A stretch of 64,000 bases of DNA from Bugula neritina (taxonomy: Eukaryota; Animalia; Bryozoa). The position numbers and the translations under genes were made by a program. The DNA lies in contig OZ037771.1 in the NCBI GenBank assembly GCA_964035545.1, positions 7,679,208-7,743,207 on the forward strand. Direction: 5' to 3'. Below are positions 12,901-25,000 of the stretch, one piece after another; positions within the stretch are counted from its first letter, which is position 1; each line of letters begins with the position of its first letter. The notes under the pieces are model-generated. The model did not search any database. It worked only from the letters and a program-made list of their open reading frames with translations, and was not told where the DNA came from.

Positions 12901-15900
12901 AATGCTCCTGTGGAAGCCAACAATCATGTTAAACAACAAGATATGGCTATTCTAGTACATCTATCCCATGCACAGAGTTCTGCCCTTGTGAAGCAGTAAC
13001 AGGAGTGTGCTGCAATGAACTAACATTTCTAACAAATACTAATGTTAAAAAAAAATGAAAAAGGTGTTTAATATGAACATGAGTGAAAGTTTGTCGCATT
13101 TGTACGATTATATATACGTTCAATTTTAACTTTAGCTGAGCAATATGTTGCATCTGTATCTTTTTTTCACTTTTTATTTCCTGGCAATAAGTAATGTTTT
13201 TTTTCTATATCTGCCCAGTGCCCAAACAGTCATTCAAAAACCTTGTATCATTTCTCTGCACCATATGTGATGTTTTATTGAAGCAATTCCGATTTTTGAG
13301 CTGAAAAACATGTCTCTTAGCTCTTTACTTTGATTTCTTTTTTACTGGCATTGCACATATTCATTCTAAAAATGCACATCTATTTTAATCATCAAAAAAA
13401 TTTTGTTTTTGCAACATAATATAGACTTTATGCCGACTAGATTACGATTTTTTCATAATTGGCGGCCATCTTGGATTTCTCGAAATGCTCAAGGGTGGCA
13501 GGTCCACACCCACCTGGAAACATCTACCTGGACCCTCAAGATAAATAATCAAAAGAGAAAAAAACTTTATCCGAGATTGCGAACCTAACCCCCAGTTCTG
13601 CCAGACTATTAAGTTATTAGTGCTTATGAATTCAATTTAAAACTGGAGAGTTGGTATGCTGAGATTACTAGTATCAGTTTTATTATACTTTATTATATGT
13701 TTACATAATAGTAGAACATATATAACTAAGATATCTCACATGTCTGGTAATGTATGTAAGTGACAGTCCTCTAGACTTAACTCTGTAAGTGACTCCATCT
13801 TTGGTATCACCTCAGGTAATGTTTCTAACTTATTCTCAGAAACATCTAATGTGTGTAGATGTGTGAGTTGGGAGAGACTGTAATATATATACGATATACC
13901 ATGACTATAATTATACAAGTTACAGGAATGGTATACGGCAGATATGCAGTGAATATAAATTATTATTGCCTTGTAAGTATGAATTGGGTACATTATTTGC
14001 ATTTGAGTATTATATCCACTATATTATTAGAGAGTTGGTATGCTGGGACTACTAGTAATAATTTTATCATACTTTATTATATGTTTACATAATAGTAGAA
14101 CATATATAACTAATATAACTCACCTGTCAGGTAATGTGTGTAAGTAACAGTACTGTAAATGTAACTCTGTAAGTGACTCCATCTTTGGTATCACCTCAGG
14201 TAATGTTCCTAACATATTATAAGACACATCTAATGTGTGTAGATGTGTGAGTTGAGAGAGACTGTAATATACATACAATATACCATGACCATAAATATAC
14301 AAGTTACAGCAATGGTATGCAGTGGGTTTATAACATTATAGCTTTTCAAGTATGAGATGTGGAACTTATTTTTGTTTTTGTTCAATTTATTACTGTAAAG
14401 TTGGTATGCTGGGACTACCAGTTTCAGTTATATTATACTTTATTATATGTTTACATTATAGTAGATTATATATAACTAATATGTCTCACCTGTCTGGTAA
14501 TGTATGTAAGTCACATTCCCGTAGATTTAACTCTGTAAGTGACTCCATCTTTGGTATCACCTCAGGTAATGTTCCTAACTTACTAAAAGACACATCTAAT
14601 GTGTGTAAATGTGTGAGTTGGGAGAGACTGTAATATACATACAATATACCATGACTATAATTATACAAGTTACAGAAATATTACGTTAAACATACTTTGA
14701 GGTTATATAAGGTGAAGAACAAAAACAAGGACCAAGAAAAACACAGCTAACTGCCTGAGACTTGGAACTTGGAACTAGAATGACCCTCCTAGCTGTTCCA
14801 AACTTCAAGCTTCTCGGCCACTGCCAATGGGCCATGCAATTTGCAGATGATGTAATGCTGTGCAATGGATAGGCAAATAGAGTGATAGGTTAGAAGAACA
14901 GAGAAAAGAAAATTAGAAGATGCTGGACTAAAGCTGGGCAGAATCAAGACCGAGTACATGCTACCAGTGAGAATAGATAACAAGGAGAAGAAGAAATACT
15001 ATGACTGAGATAACTACAGTGCTCTGCCTGAGACTAGTGCTTTCAAATGTCTTGCAACTATAATAATCAGAATGGTGGGTTGTGGCACTGAAGTAGCTAG
15101 GAGGATTGGAGTGACTTGGGACAAGTGGAAGGATCTCTCAGAAGTGCTGTGCGATAAGAAGGTATCAACTAAACATACAGTACTTCTGTTTAGAATATCC
15201 ATTCTGTATGGTAATGAAACCTGGTCAGTTACTCATGGGATGGAAGACGGGATGAAGACAGTAGAAATGATACACAATTTTGGGATAACTTACGAGGAGT
15301 TGATGAATTGTATCCACCATATTACTGGAGAGTTGGTATGCTGGGACTACTAGTATCAGTTCTATTCTACTCTATTATATATGTACATAGAATTAGAACA
15401 CAGAGGGAATGTAGTATACTTACATACAAAATTAGCAATTAGACCAAAGTAAATATGGGAAGAAAGTGCTTTTTAAGAGATTAGATGATTCAGTGTAACA
15501 AATTGCTAAATCAAAAGAAGTTGTAACAATTTTCCTGTAAAGAGAATGTTGAAGATGGGTTTTGCTCTGCATGGCCCGACTTTGCTGCCAAGGTACCCAC
15601 CTGAGAATTACTGAATACAGAAGGAGAGTAAAAAAGTTGGACAAAAAAAGTAGATAAATCTCTGTAGCTTCAATTCACTTAAACTTGACTCTGATGCAAG
15701 TAAATTATGATGCAGTATAAAACTGGCCATAGGTGTGATAGTAGCTGTAAGGCAGGCAATAACAGGTAGGCCTAACTACAACTACTTTGAGATAATGAGA
15801 ATAAAGTGTTCACATCCCTGGACTAAGTATAAAGTGATTATAAAAGCTGGAGATACAATTGAGATAATGCTGATAGGTAGGAAGGGAGATCTTATGTCAG

Positions 15901-17757
15901 AGTGACTCTAGATTATTACTCATATGCATATATAAACTATAGCTGTGTTCAGAACACATTAAATATAGTTGATTGTTTTACTCCATATTTCATTACATCT
16001 AAAAATATAGAATTTTATCTAACAATTTCAACAACTTGAACAACTTCTAAAGTACCGACAATACACTGAAAGAAACGAAGACAAAACTAATAGCAGTGAA
16101 TACTTTGAAGAATATGAAACAAACTTAAGGCTACAAGCTCTGCAAGTAATATTATATTTGATTTGTGATTTCCTTAATGAATATTTAGCTATCCATTTCT
16201 CTATTGGCAGAATAAATATTAAAGGTTATCCCCACATGCAGGTAATCAGCTATGATGTGTGAGTCACCAGAAGTCATTGTTGACCTCTTCCCCAGCAGCT
16301 TCAGCTCAAACTAATATAACTCTATTTAAGTACAATAGTGGAAAAAATTCCATACTTTTAAATTCAATTCTTTATGGGTCTTTATGATTTTCTTTTCAGG
16401 GGTTTGATTGAACATAATTTAGTTTGCACTTTTTCTCATCAAGCACACAGACTTTTCCACAATTCCACTCTTACTGCACTCACTTTTATAATGCATGTCA
16501 AACAGAATGATTACTCAGGTGCAGTAGAGGTATGAAGGAATATTGCTGACATGCCATACAAGTATAACTCACTAACCATTTCAATATTCCAGTAAATAGT
16601 CAGTGAGTTACAACTGAAATACTGACAGCTAATTACACAGCTCAAGCATATATTATTATCCAAAGAGAATTCATGTTCTAGATAGAGGGATTGTGACCTT
16701 TAACATGTTGATAACAAAGTGATGATAGACCTACTATTCTAAACTGTTGATACTGGTTAGCCGTTGAATACACAAGGTAGTTACAAGTGGAGCAAACTCT
16801 GTAACAGCAGGTGGCAGATCTCCCTCTATCTTTAGGTCAGTGATCACATGACCTGAACAGAGCTTCTTTATTTCCTCCTTTGTATAGAATTTTGTAGATT
16901 TGGAGGACAACTCTCTTTTGTTAATAGGATCCATACCAGAGTGCCTCCACCAACACCTGTATTTCTTTGCTAAAAACAAATGTTCTATTTTTAGTATATA
17001 TGTACCCAATTATAGAGTAAATATAATATCACCTGGTTTATAGTACATTTATATATGTTAATATTCTAATAGTATAAATTACATCATTTTACTGTTGAAT
17101 TACTTATATAATAATTGAAAATATAAACCAGCAGTAAACATATTCCTATATTCAAAGAGACAAACATACTAATTGTTGAGGCATCAGCATGAAGATTAAT
17201 AGGAATAAAAATGATACTTATTCAACTTTTTATATCAGGTAGACTGAGAACAAATGAGAAACTTATCTGATAGACAATGCTGATGTTTTTATAAAGTTTG
17301 ACACCCACTTTACGACAGAAAATGTTGATATAAAAGAAAATATTAGAAAGTATAAGGAATAGTGAGAATGAGAAGTAACCTAGGTTCTCATGTAACCCAG
17401 AAGTTTCTCAACAGCTTTAATTGTCAAGTTGACAGCTTCATTAAACAACCCTTAGATGGAAAGTTACAGAAAGTCTGCTTCATTAAGCTACATGCAGATA
17501 AAAGTCACAGAAAGTGTACAGAAACACCAAAGTATAAATATAGTTCAGAGAAGAAACTTAAAGGGGGATAACAAAGTCTTTATTTTAACTTTCAAGTTGG
17601 AAGATGTAATTGAAACCTATTCAGGTATATTTAAAGAATACTGTATTCAGGTGTGTATTTTACCATTCTCCAGACCAACTAATATTGTATACGGACCTGT
17701 TTGTGAGGTTGCTGCTGTTACTTCATCCTCAGAACTGGTTACAGAGTTGGTAGCCAT
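1101..17757 (-). CDS. ROCO-caspase copy A: LRR-Roc-COR-caspase fusion, ~1364 aa. Coding exons: 17757-17697, 16969-16735, six LRR exons (14627-14490, 14261-14124, 13877-13740, 9828-9691, 9435-9298, 9051-8914), 6939-5015, 4914-4846, 4686-4514, 3973-3806, 3541-3322, 3193-3032, 2415-2306, 1244-1101
   Basis: All exons have AG/GT boundaries with compatible phases and sum to 4095 nt (1365 codons including stop). Motifs: LRRs; hinge PPYAVCVDGLPAIRQY; P-loop GRSLSGKTSL; G3 DFGG; G4 VFTHRD; COR-like LSYMHNSGHLIWY; caspase RGRALIINN, QRLGSSYD, FAHG, GKPKVVVIQACR, DLLILHS, GSLLIRTL, QTP...TL. The exon-1 donor is uncertain (17697 or 17664, both phase 1). Confidence 0.88.
1490..2210. repeat. 16-bp minisatellite (ATACTATGACTATATT)n in the last intron of copy A, interrupted by a solo-LTR-like insert
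   Basis: Direct tandem repeats visible in sequence. Confidence 0.9.
1709..2061. mobile_element. Solo-LTR-like element (TGTAGT...ACTACA)
   Basis: Inverted TG..CA termini; flanks ctat/ccat (near-TSD); absent from the copy B intron; related termini at 50122/55520. Confidence 0.6.
4346..4490. repeat. 32-bp tandem repeat (GAGAGCCAAGGCTATACAGAGATAACAGAGAG), ~5 copies
   Basis: ccaagg recurs at 4351, 4383, 4415, 4447 and 4479. Confidence 0.9.
5015..6939 (-). CDS. Large exon of copy A: last LRRs + Roc GTPase + COR
   Basis: ORF 5010..6905. Acceptor ttggtag|TGTTGG, donor CCAA|gttagt. Roc G1/G3/G4 motifs present, MFHAS1/LRRK-type ROCO layout. Confidence 0.92.
7262..8782. mobile_element. Degenerate Tc1/mariner-like non-autonomous element
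   Basis: Inverted termini gccatgcgtaaaagttttgacaccc / gggtgtcaaaacttttactcgtgactgta next to TA. Copy B keeps the left end (~36939) and has lost the right end. Confidence 0.55.
8914..9051 (-). CDS. LRR cassette exon A6 (138 nt, two 23-aa LRRs; VVSGN / QLSLEDCH)
   Basis: tattacag|TCTCTCC...GACAG|gtgagt, phase 2-2. Confidence 0.9.
9298..9435 (-). CDS. LRR cassette exon A5 (DVSEN / EIFLQYCD)
   Basis: Same 138-nt phase 2-2 unit. Confidence 0.9.
9691..9828 (-). CDS. LRR cassette exon A4 (NVSYN / ELRLQYCY)
   Basis: Same 138-nt phase 2-2 unit. Confidence 0.9.
9940..13608 (+). mobile_element. Decayed DNA transposon, Academ-like, between LRR cassettes A4 and A3
   Basis: TIR TAGTCTGGCAGAA / TTCTGCCAGACTA, subterminal inverted repeats (caagatggccgcc / ggcggccatcttg), 3-bp TSD TTA. 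Frameshifted transposase-like remnants (GIWSDMTIEVTF; LPPTDEA...RAHLQVAI). Contains nested MITE and LINE fragments. The superfamily assignment is an inference. Confidence 0.7.
13740..13877 (-). CDS. LRR cassette exon A3 (DVSEN / ELSLEDCH)
   Basis: Same unit; donor GACAT|gtgaga. Confidence 0.88.
14124..14261 (-). CDS. LRR cassette exon A2 (DVSYN / ELHLQYCY)
   Basis: Same 138-nt phase 2-2 unit. Confidence 0.9.
14490..14627 (-). CDS. LRR cassette exon A1 (DVSFS / ELNLRECD)
   Basis: Same 138-nt phase 2-2 unit. Confidence 0.9.
14780..15300 (+). mobile_element. Decayed RTE-like LINE fragment (related copies at ~45760-46500, ~42350-43020, ~11620-12000)
   Basis: Broken frames such as EVARRIGVTWDKWKDLSEVLCDKK...ILYGNETW resemble the region C-terminal to a non-LTR RT. 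Confidence 0.6.
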
Positions 17758-19407
17758 CTTGTTTCTAGTATCAGATACTACAATGTAATACTAATGTATG
17801 TACTATGAATAAAGTATGAGATAGTATACAATGTGTGTATATTGAGTGAAAGGGTGTGTAGAAGAAGTGGAATAGTAAACAGTAGAGAGACAGTGAAGTA
17901 AAACAAGGTGAACCATAGAATAAATTTGTTCATAGCATTTTCATTAATTGATAATTTTCAATATATATTTTATTAGTATGTTTAGCTATTGATAATTTAT
18001 AGCATTTGATAATTTGTGACATACAGTTTTATTCAACAAGTTTAACAGTAGCTTGGCTTACATGTTTGAGACAAGATTATTGAATATTGCATAAGAGTTG
18101 GTTAGGACAGGAGGAAATATCTAGTTTGACAACTTAGTATATTTCATTTCATTGTTTAACAGATACTAACTACTAGAACAAAGATTGATTTATTAATGAT
18201 AATAGAAACTGTGAGGACAAGCTACAATAGTATTCTAATAGTAATTTCCTATGTCTCATCTTTTACTTATGTTCACCAGAATTACCAACTTGTAGACTAT
18301 TCCATTGTGCTTCATGTTTATTAACTATACAATCATCTAACTGTTGTGGAGGTATAGACAGGTCATTAGCATGAAAAATATTTTAATGTTTCTAAGACCT
18401 CTGTACTGTGGGCATAAATACTGCAGTAATTACTGATAATCTGATAACAAGTCTACTCTGGTTTGAACATAGACTTTCACTTTAGGAATAAACTATATTG
18501 TCTTTTTGTAAACTACTTCTTGGATATTTACAATTGAATAGAAGTAAGTTATTGGTAAAACTGGTGAACAATTTTAAACATAATATAGTGGTTACTATCC
18601 TCTGTGTTGAGAATTTTTGTTACTGTCTCTGCTACAGCAGATGTCATACAAATCAGCAAAATTTAACCTCAATGTCACACCCATAGCTCTGTGAGCCAAA
18701 CAGTATAAATTACATTTCCATCACTGTCTTTACTACCAGTAATCCTAATACAAATCATTGTGACAACTATAGCTCTGTTAAACAGATACCAAAACTAGAA
18801 ATACATATTTTATTATTGGATCAGATCTCAATCCATATTTCAAACTTTACTATATAATCCAAGTATAACATATTAAATGCTATAACTCTTCCTTGACAAG
18901 TGTTGGATGTGTGTTGTGGCCAGGCCAAGTAAATCCTAACAATAAACCGATCCCAAGGCAAATTTAAAAGCTACATAGTAACATCATTATGTGAGCTGAA
19001 TAAATAATTTAAAACCACCCTACGCTGTTGGAATGCCTATACTTTAAAATTAAGCCATATCAACTTCAAGCCTACCCGCTGACCTTGGTGATAGTGTTAA
19101 CGGTCAGCACACCCATAACTAACGTCATTATTGTAATATTCATAGCGAATATAATTGAAAACGAGCCATACTCATAGTGAATGTCAAACTAGATGACACT
19201 TCGATCATCAATCAATCATCAAATTTAATGTCAATCGAAATAAATCAATAATATAATTATTAATTATAACTATCAACATCAATACGAATATTTTCATATT
19301 CTTCTTCATATTCAATATTCCTATTAACTATTAGCTTATTTATATTTATACTCATATTGATATTCACTATCATATTCATATTCAATTTGACATTGCATCT
19401 CAGACTC

Positions 19408-19432
19408 AAAGTGAAACTGAAACAGTGAAAGT
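19408..19432. promoter_or_regulatory. Tandem IRF-binding/ISRE-like motif AAAGTGAAACTGAAACAGTGAAAGT upstream of the copy A CDS
   Basis: Matches GAAANNGAAA. Lies next to a candidate 5'-UTR donor (cttac, ~19461-19465) and ETS-like CCGGAA motifs (~19616, ~19639). Confidence 0.45.
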
Positions 19433-20789
19433 CTTCGAGATGAAATTACAATGCATGACACTTACATGTGGTGCAACTTGACAAATTCTGTTAGTTCTTC
19501 AGTTTTGTACTAAAATTTTGGTTTGAATTGTGGTTAGTATAGCGGTGAGACAGCTGAATTAGTTTCGTCATCCAGAATGCGAGCTTATCTTCTTTTTGCT
19601 TCGTTTCAAGGACTGCCGGAAAACGCCTACTACTGCAACCGGAAACACGTTAACGATGGGCTAAATGGTTTTAGTGACAAATGTAGTCTTTTTAAAAGTT
19701 GGAAGGCGTTGACGGGCTCTCTAATATTTAGATAGAAGGACTTTTTTAGGAACTGAGCCTATATAATCAAAACGCTGATTCTGACGACAAGAAAACATTT
19801 TGTATACGCAACAGCAACAACACTAGTGTTACCTATTTTCAAGAGAATAGTGCACTTGTTATAATGTTTTGAATGACATTATTGGTGTTGTTTTGCAATA
19901 TTGACTAGGCCTATATAGTGTTGTGAAATTGTGCTTCACTTATTTGTGGGTAATTATGATTGAAGTAATGCTGCCGATTTAGAGTAAGAATAATTTTATT
20001 TATACGTAAGATACAAGATTTACCAACTACATAAAAACATACCGAGATTACATAACTGCACAAGACTGTTTACACGGCTTAACTATCCTGCTACTACGAG
20101 CCAACTGCGCCCTCCTCAAGCGTACAGCTCCTTACTAGACATCCACCCGTAGGGTATAAGATCACTCGCTTCGCTGATTGGCTGCTGCAAGTGTCAGTTC
20201 AATATGGAATTGTCCTTTCGATATAATTGGGAGCACAATATTTACAGTGGTTGGGTTTAAACGGATATTAAATTAATAAATGTAATATGTTTGCTAGCAC
20301 AATTACCATACATTACTTTTGCCTCCTACAGATGGTATATCGGCTACAAATGAAGCATTTTTGGTTACTACTTACTAATAAGCAAATAATTCTAGCAGCA
20401 GACATCATCAATCCTGAGTCAGAATTTCTGCACTAGGAATATTTCAACATATGAGAGAATTGTAGCTATAATACTATATAGTCGACCAGCACACAGCCAA
20501 TCAATGTGTAGGGTTGACTATCACATTTTCACAACTTTAGCTATGAATATCACTTACTCCTTTGAGTTTCACAAGAAATAATTTTGTTTGTAAATGTAAA
20601 GTATAATATTCTTTCATTTGAATAAATATATGTCTGGTATAATGTAGATGCGTTATTGAAATTTTTTTATTAAGGGTATATTTTAATTACCAGCTCAAAG
20701 CTGCAACTGCATAGCCAATTACAGCTGTACTTCGCTAAAAATTACAAAAAAAAATAAAAATTTATGAACACCCTACTGGTCAAGGCAGG

Positions 20790-21390
20790 CGGTACAATAC
20801 TACACCACTATACTACTACCACGAGGCTTGAGGCTTTCTAATGACCGCATATCAATTCCAAGGCTATTCGTGTTCCTTTTGTAGGCGACCTTGAAACGCA
20901 ATCTGAGATGTCCCCAGGGATCTGGAGCTTTCCGCAAGTTTGCCATAAAGCAGATTTATAGGAATTCGGCCATCTTGCATTCTGCACACATGTCAAAGCT
21001 AGCGAAGACACCGCTGGCCCAGAAAGAATGAAGATTGTCGGCATCCAAGGACATTGCAAACTGTCAGTACTAGGAATTTTGTCTTGCCACTTGAGATGGT
21101 TAAATAAAAACTGCTTAGTATATTTTTCAGAGTGGCACAGGATGTCCAGGTTACACTGGAGTAGAGTAGTGTGGACAATATACATGCTTTGTAAACATGC
21201 ATCTTAGTGTTTGCTGACAGAGTGCTGTTTGTCCACACACTCTCTTGTGTAACTTGTACATTACTGTAGAAAGTGTGGCAATACTTGAGTTGATATCAGA
21301 CTGAATGGAGAGGGTTACACTGATGGTAGAGCCTGGAGACTGAACTCTGTCAACTGAGTTCAGCTCCTGACTTCCTACGCAGATACTTCA
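20790..21390 (-). mobile_element. Decayed RTE-like LINE 3' fragment
   Basis: TKMHVYKACILSTLLYSSVTW, with frameshifts. Confidence 0.6.
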
Positions 21391-22045
21391 AGTGTAGTAT
21401 GTTTATAAAATTATACTCTAGTTCTAGTAATTATTCTGAAACATGTTGAAATACTGCTGAGTTCCTGGAAGGTGAACTACCAAAGAGTTTATAAAAAACT
21501 TTAAAGATCTTTTAAAAAAAATAATTTCAAAACTATACAAGCTAGTAGCAAGTTCCCTGTCCCAAATATTTATTTATTGGTGTTTTCTTTGCTTTGCTTA
21601 GTGCCAGAAGATTTGTAAACTTGCCTTATAAATGCAAAAAAGAATCAATTATAAAATGCAGTATATTTATTGTGTAAATATATTTCATAGTAAACATGAG
21701 TAAATAATGTCAGCAAACATATAGTAATAGTGTATACATACAAAGTCACATATAACTAGACTAAGTGCATGAGCTATGTGTATGCAGAGCATATGCATGG
21801 TATAGCAAGAGTATAAAATTATAAGTAGAAGTGAATACTTATATTCAAAGTGCGCAGGTAAAGTATATCACATAGCAGTATATAGAGTGTCGCATGTATA
21901 GAGCATGTAGTGAAATATAATACCACATGCAAGGTATAGATACTGTAGTCAGTATATACATACTATCTGTATGAAATGTGTATATATGATATAAATAGCG
22001 TAGTACCATACTCTACATGTCAACACAGGGATGTGGGAGCTCAGT

Positions 22046-25000
22046 CTACCACTCTCCATAGAATAAAGGAAACAAGTAAATCTTCCTTCTACCAGTGAGA
22101 GTTTTTATAACCACGGGAGTCTGTGTAACAGTACCTTCTGAGTCGGATCTGTTACCTGATATTTTCCTCACTCTTTCTTGTACCTTTAAATATTTCATAA
22201 TCAGGTAAACATTGGTCAGTATTACTGACACTACAGCATGAGTTAGAATGTATCGCATCTGTAAATTCACCTACTAGAAAAAATTGTATTTGTGAATAGC
22301 AAAATTATATATACAAATAGTAAATCTATAATAAATTCAATTATATTGATATTGAATAGAGTGGAGACTACATAGCTAACACCATAATATACTGTGATGG
22401 TATTACTATACTACAGTGTATTATGACTATAACATAGTATGATTATAGTATATTGTAAAATATTTGTGAAGGAAAGATTCTATTTGCGTGAGAATGATTA
22501 CATATTGCTATGACTATATATTACTACGACTATATTATACTATGACTATATTATACTATGACTATATTATACTATGACTATATTATCCTATGACTATATT
22601 ATACTATGACTATATACTACTATGACTATACTATACTATGACTATATTATACTATGACTATATTATACTATGACTATATGATACTATAAAAATAACTCAC
22701 GCAATTTTTTAGTCGCTATCTCTGTGAGAAAACCCCTGATGGAAGGGGTTTTTGTTAAAGCCGGCTAAGGACTTATTTAAATGAGGCACAAGAGCAATTA
22801 TGACTGGATGCTCTTCCTAACATCACCAATGGCCTTCGTCTGGGGTCGAGCCCATGACCTTCAGGCTTACTAGGCAAATGCTCTAACCCCTAGACTACGG
22901 CTGCTCCCTGACTATATGATACTATGACTATATTATACTATGACTATATTATAATATGACTATATTATAATATGAATATACTATACTATGAATATACTAT
23001 ACTATGACTATATTATACTATGACTATATTATACTATGACTATAATATACTATGACTATACTATACTATGACTATATTATACTATGACTATACTATACTA
23101 TGACTATATTATACTATGACTATATAATACTATGACTATACTATACTATGACTATATTATACTATGACTATATATTACAATGACTATATTATACTATGAC
23201 TATATACTACTATGACTATATTATACTATGACTATATTATACTATGACTATATTATACTATGACTATACTATACTATGACTATATTATACTATGACTATA
23301 TAATACTATGACTATATTATACTATGACTATATTATCCTATGACTATATTATACTATGACTACACTATACTATGACTATATTGTACTATGAATATATTAT
23401 ACTATGACTATATTATACTATGACTATATTATAATATGACTATATTATAATATAGTCATATTATACTATGACTATATTATGACTATATTGCACTATGACT
23501 AGTCACTACACCTATACTACTGTCACTACACCACACCAACTAATACGAAAACAGCCTCTTCTAAATAGGAGATGATGTCACAGGAAGTTACTCACAATAT
23601 CAAATAAGTCAGCAAGATCACGATGACAGCCATGTCTGTGTAAAGTCCTGACAAGTGTTCTTATCAATAATGACCCACCATCATGGAATCTCATGGATGC
23701 ACTGTCTATTAAAATAATACAATGAGTTGAATAGTAAATATTGTGGTAGATTTTAGTGGTGCAAGTATATTGTATTAATCGAAAAGGTTTACTCTATATT
23801 GTTTTATGTATCTTGTGAGTTCGACACTGTCGGAGTGTAACTATGGACAGTAGTGGCACCATTAGTAGCCACCAATCAGGACAGTGACACTAATTGATAG
23901 CAGGTGGAGCTAGCTACTCGTAGTTGCAGTGCGCTGAGTAGCTAGCCGGCAGAGCAGCTTGGGACTTCATTTAGAACAGTTGTGTATTAAAGCTCACTAA
24001 TTATGTAATCGTTTTCTATTCATGCTAGCAGTAAATAACCTTCTTGTATTTGTGTAAATAATAAAGTATCTTATCGTAAACAACCTGTCGCAGTGGCTTT
24101 GATTAAGTAGACCCACAAATAATAATAGTGAACTGGCAAAATTCACTACACTGGTGGCAGCGGTGGGATCTCACTTAATACAAATGCCCCTAGTCAGGGA
24201 GTAAGATGGCCGACGAAGTCGTCGACGCGCCCCGACAGGAGCCAGCAGCAATAGAGGAGGATCACATAGGCGGCCCAGCGCTGCCTATGGACAGGTACCA
24301 CTTGCGGGCTCCCACCTTCTCTGGAGAAGAAGATGTGGAGCAATTCATCACTGAGTTCAGTGATGTGGCGGACATCTGCGGATGGCCGAACAGGGTTACT
24401 CTGATCCAGCTGCGGTTGTGTCTGACAGGGCCGGCTAAACCCTATGGGATAAGCCAGAATGTCGGTGACATATTTGAAGCAATACGAGCTAGGTTTGGAT
24501 TAACCGCTCGAGATGCTCGCGTGCAACTGCAGAGTCTTAGGAGAAATCCTAAGACCAATCTGCGAGAGCACGCTACCGTAGTCGAACGACTGGCACAAGT
24601 TGCTTACAGCGACTTGCCTGCCGATGGTCGACAGAGCCTAGCACTGGATGCATTCCTCCAGTCCATTAACAACCTCGGTCTTAAACAGCATCTGCTGGTG
24701 GCCGAAGTTGAGACTATGGAGAGAGCTCTAAGGCTTGGGAATGCCTATTTCCAAGCCGACAGTGCAAGTCGACCTGGCGCGACAGTACAGCAAGTCGGGG
24801 CAGACGACGTGTCGACGTCGTCAACGAAGACAGCTGTACAAGTCGCAGCGGCAGCAGCAGACGAATCTAGCTTAACCACGAGCTTGATTCGAGAACTGCT
24901 CGCCGAGTTCAGGCAACTGCGCCAGCAGGCGACAGCCGAGAGACCCAAGAGGTCGTCGGTAGCTGTCGCCGACAGGCGCGGCCCCGTATGCTGGGGCTGT

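Noticed and set aside
8914-14627. Regularly spaced near-identical repeats as a CRISPR array or a DGR template/variable repeat pair
   Set aside because: The units are spliceosomal exons with introns. There are no cas genes or unique spacers, variation is not confined to adenines of one template, and the nearby RTs belong to ordinary LINE and Gypsy elements.
15424-15644. Possible extra exon in intron 2 of copy A
   Set aside because: No LRR-like content, a stop before the candidate donor, and the donor is not conserved in copy B.
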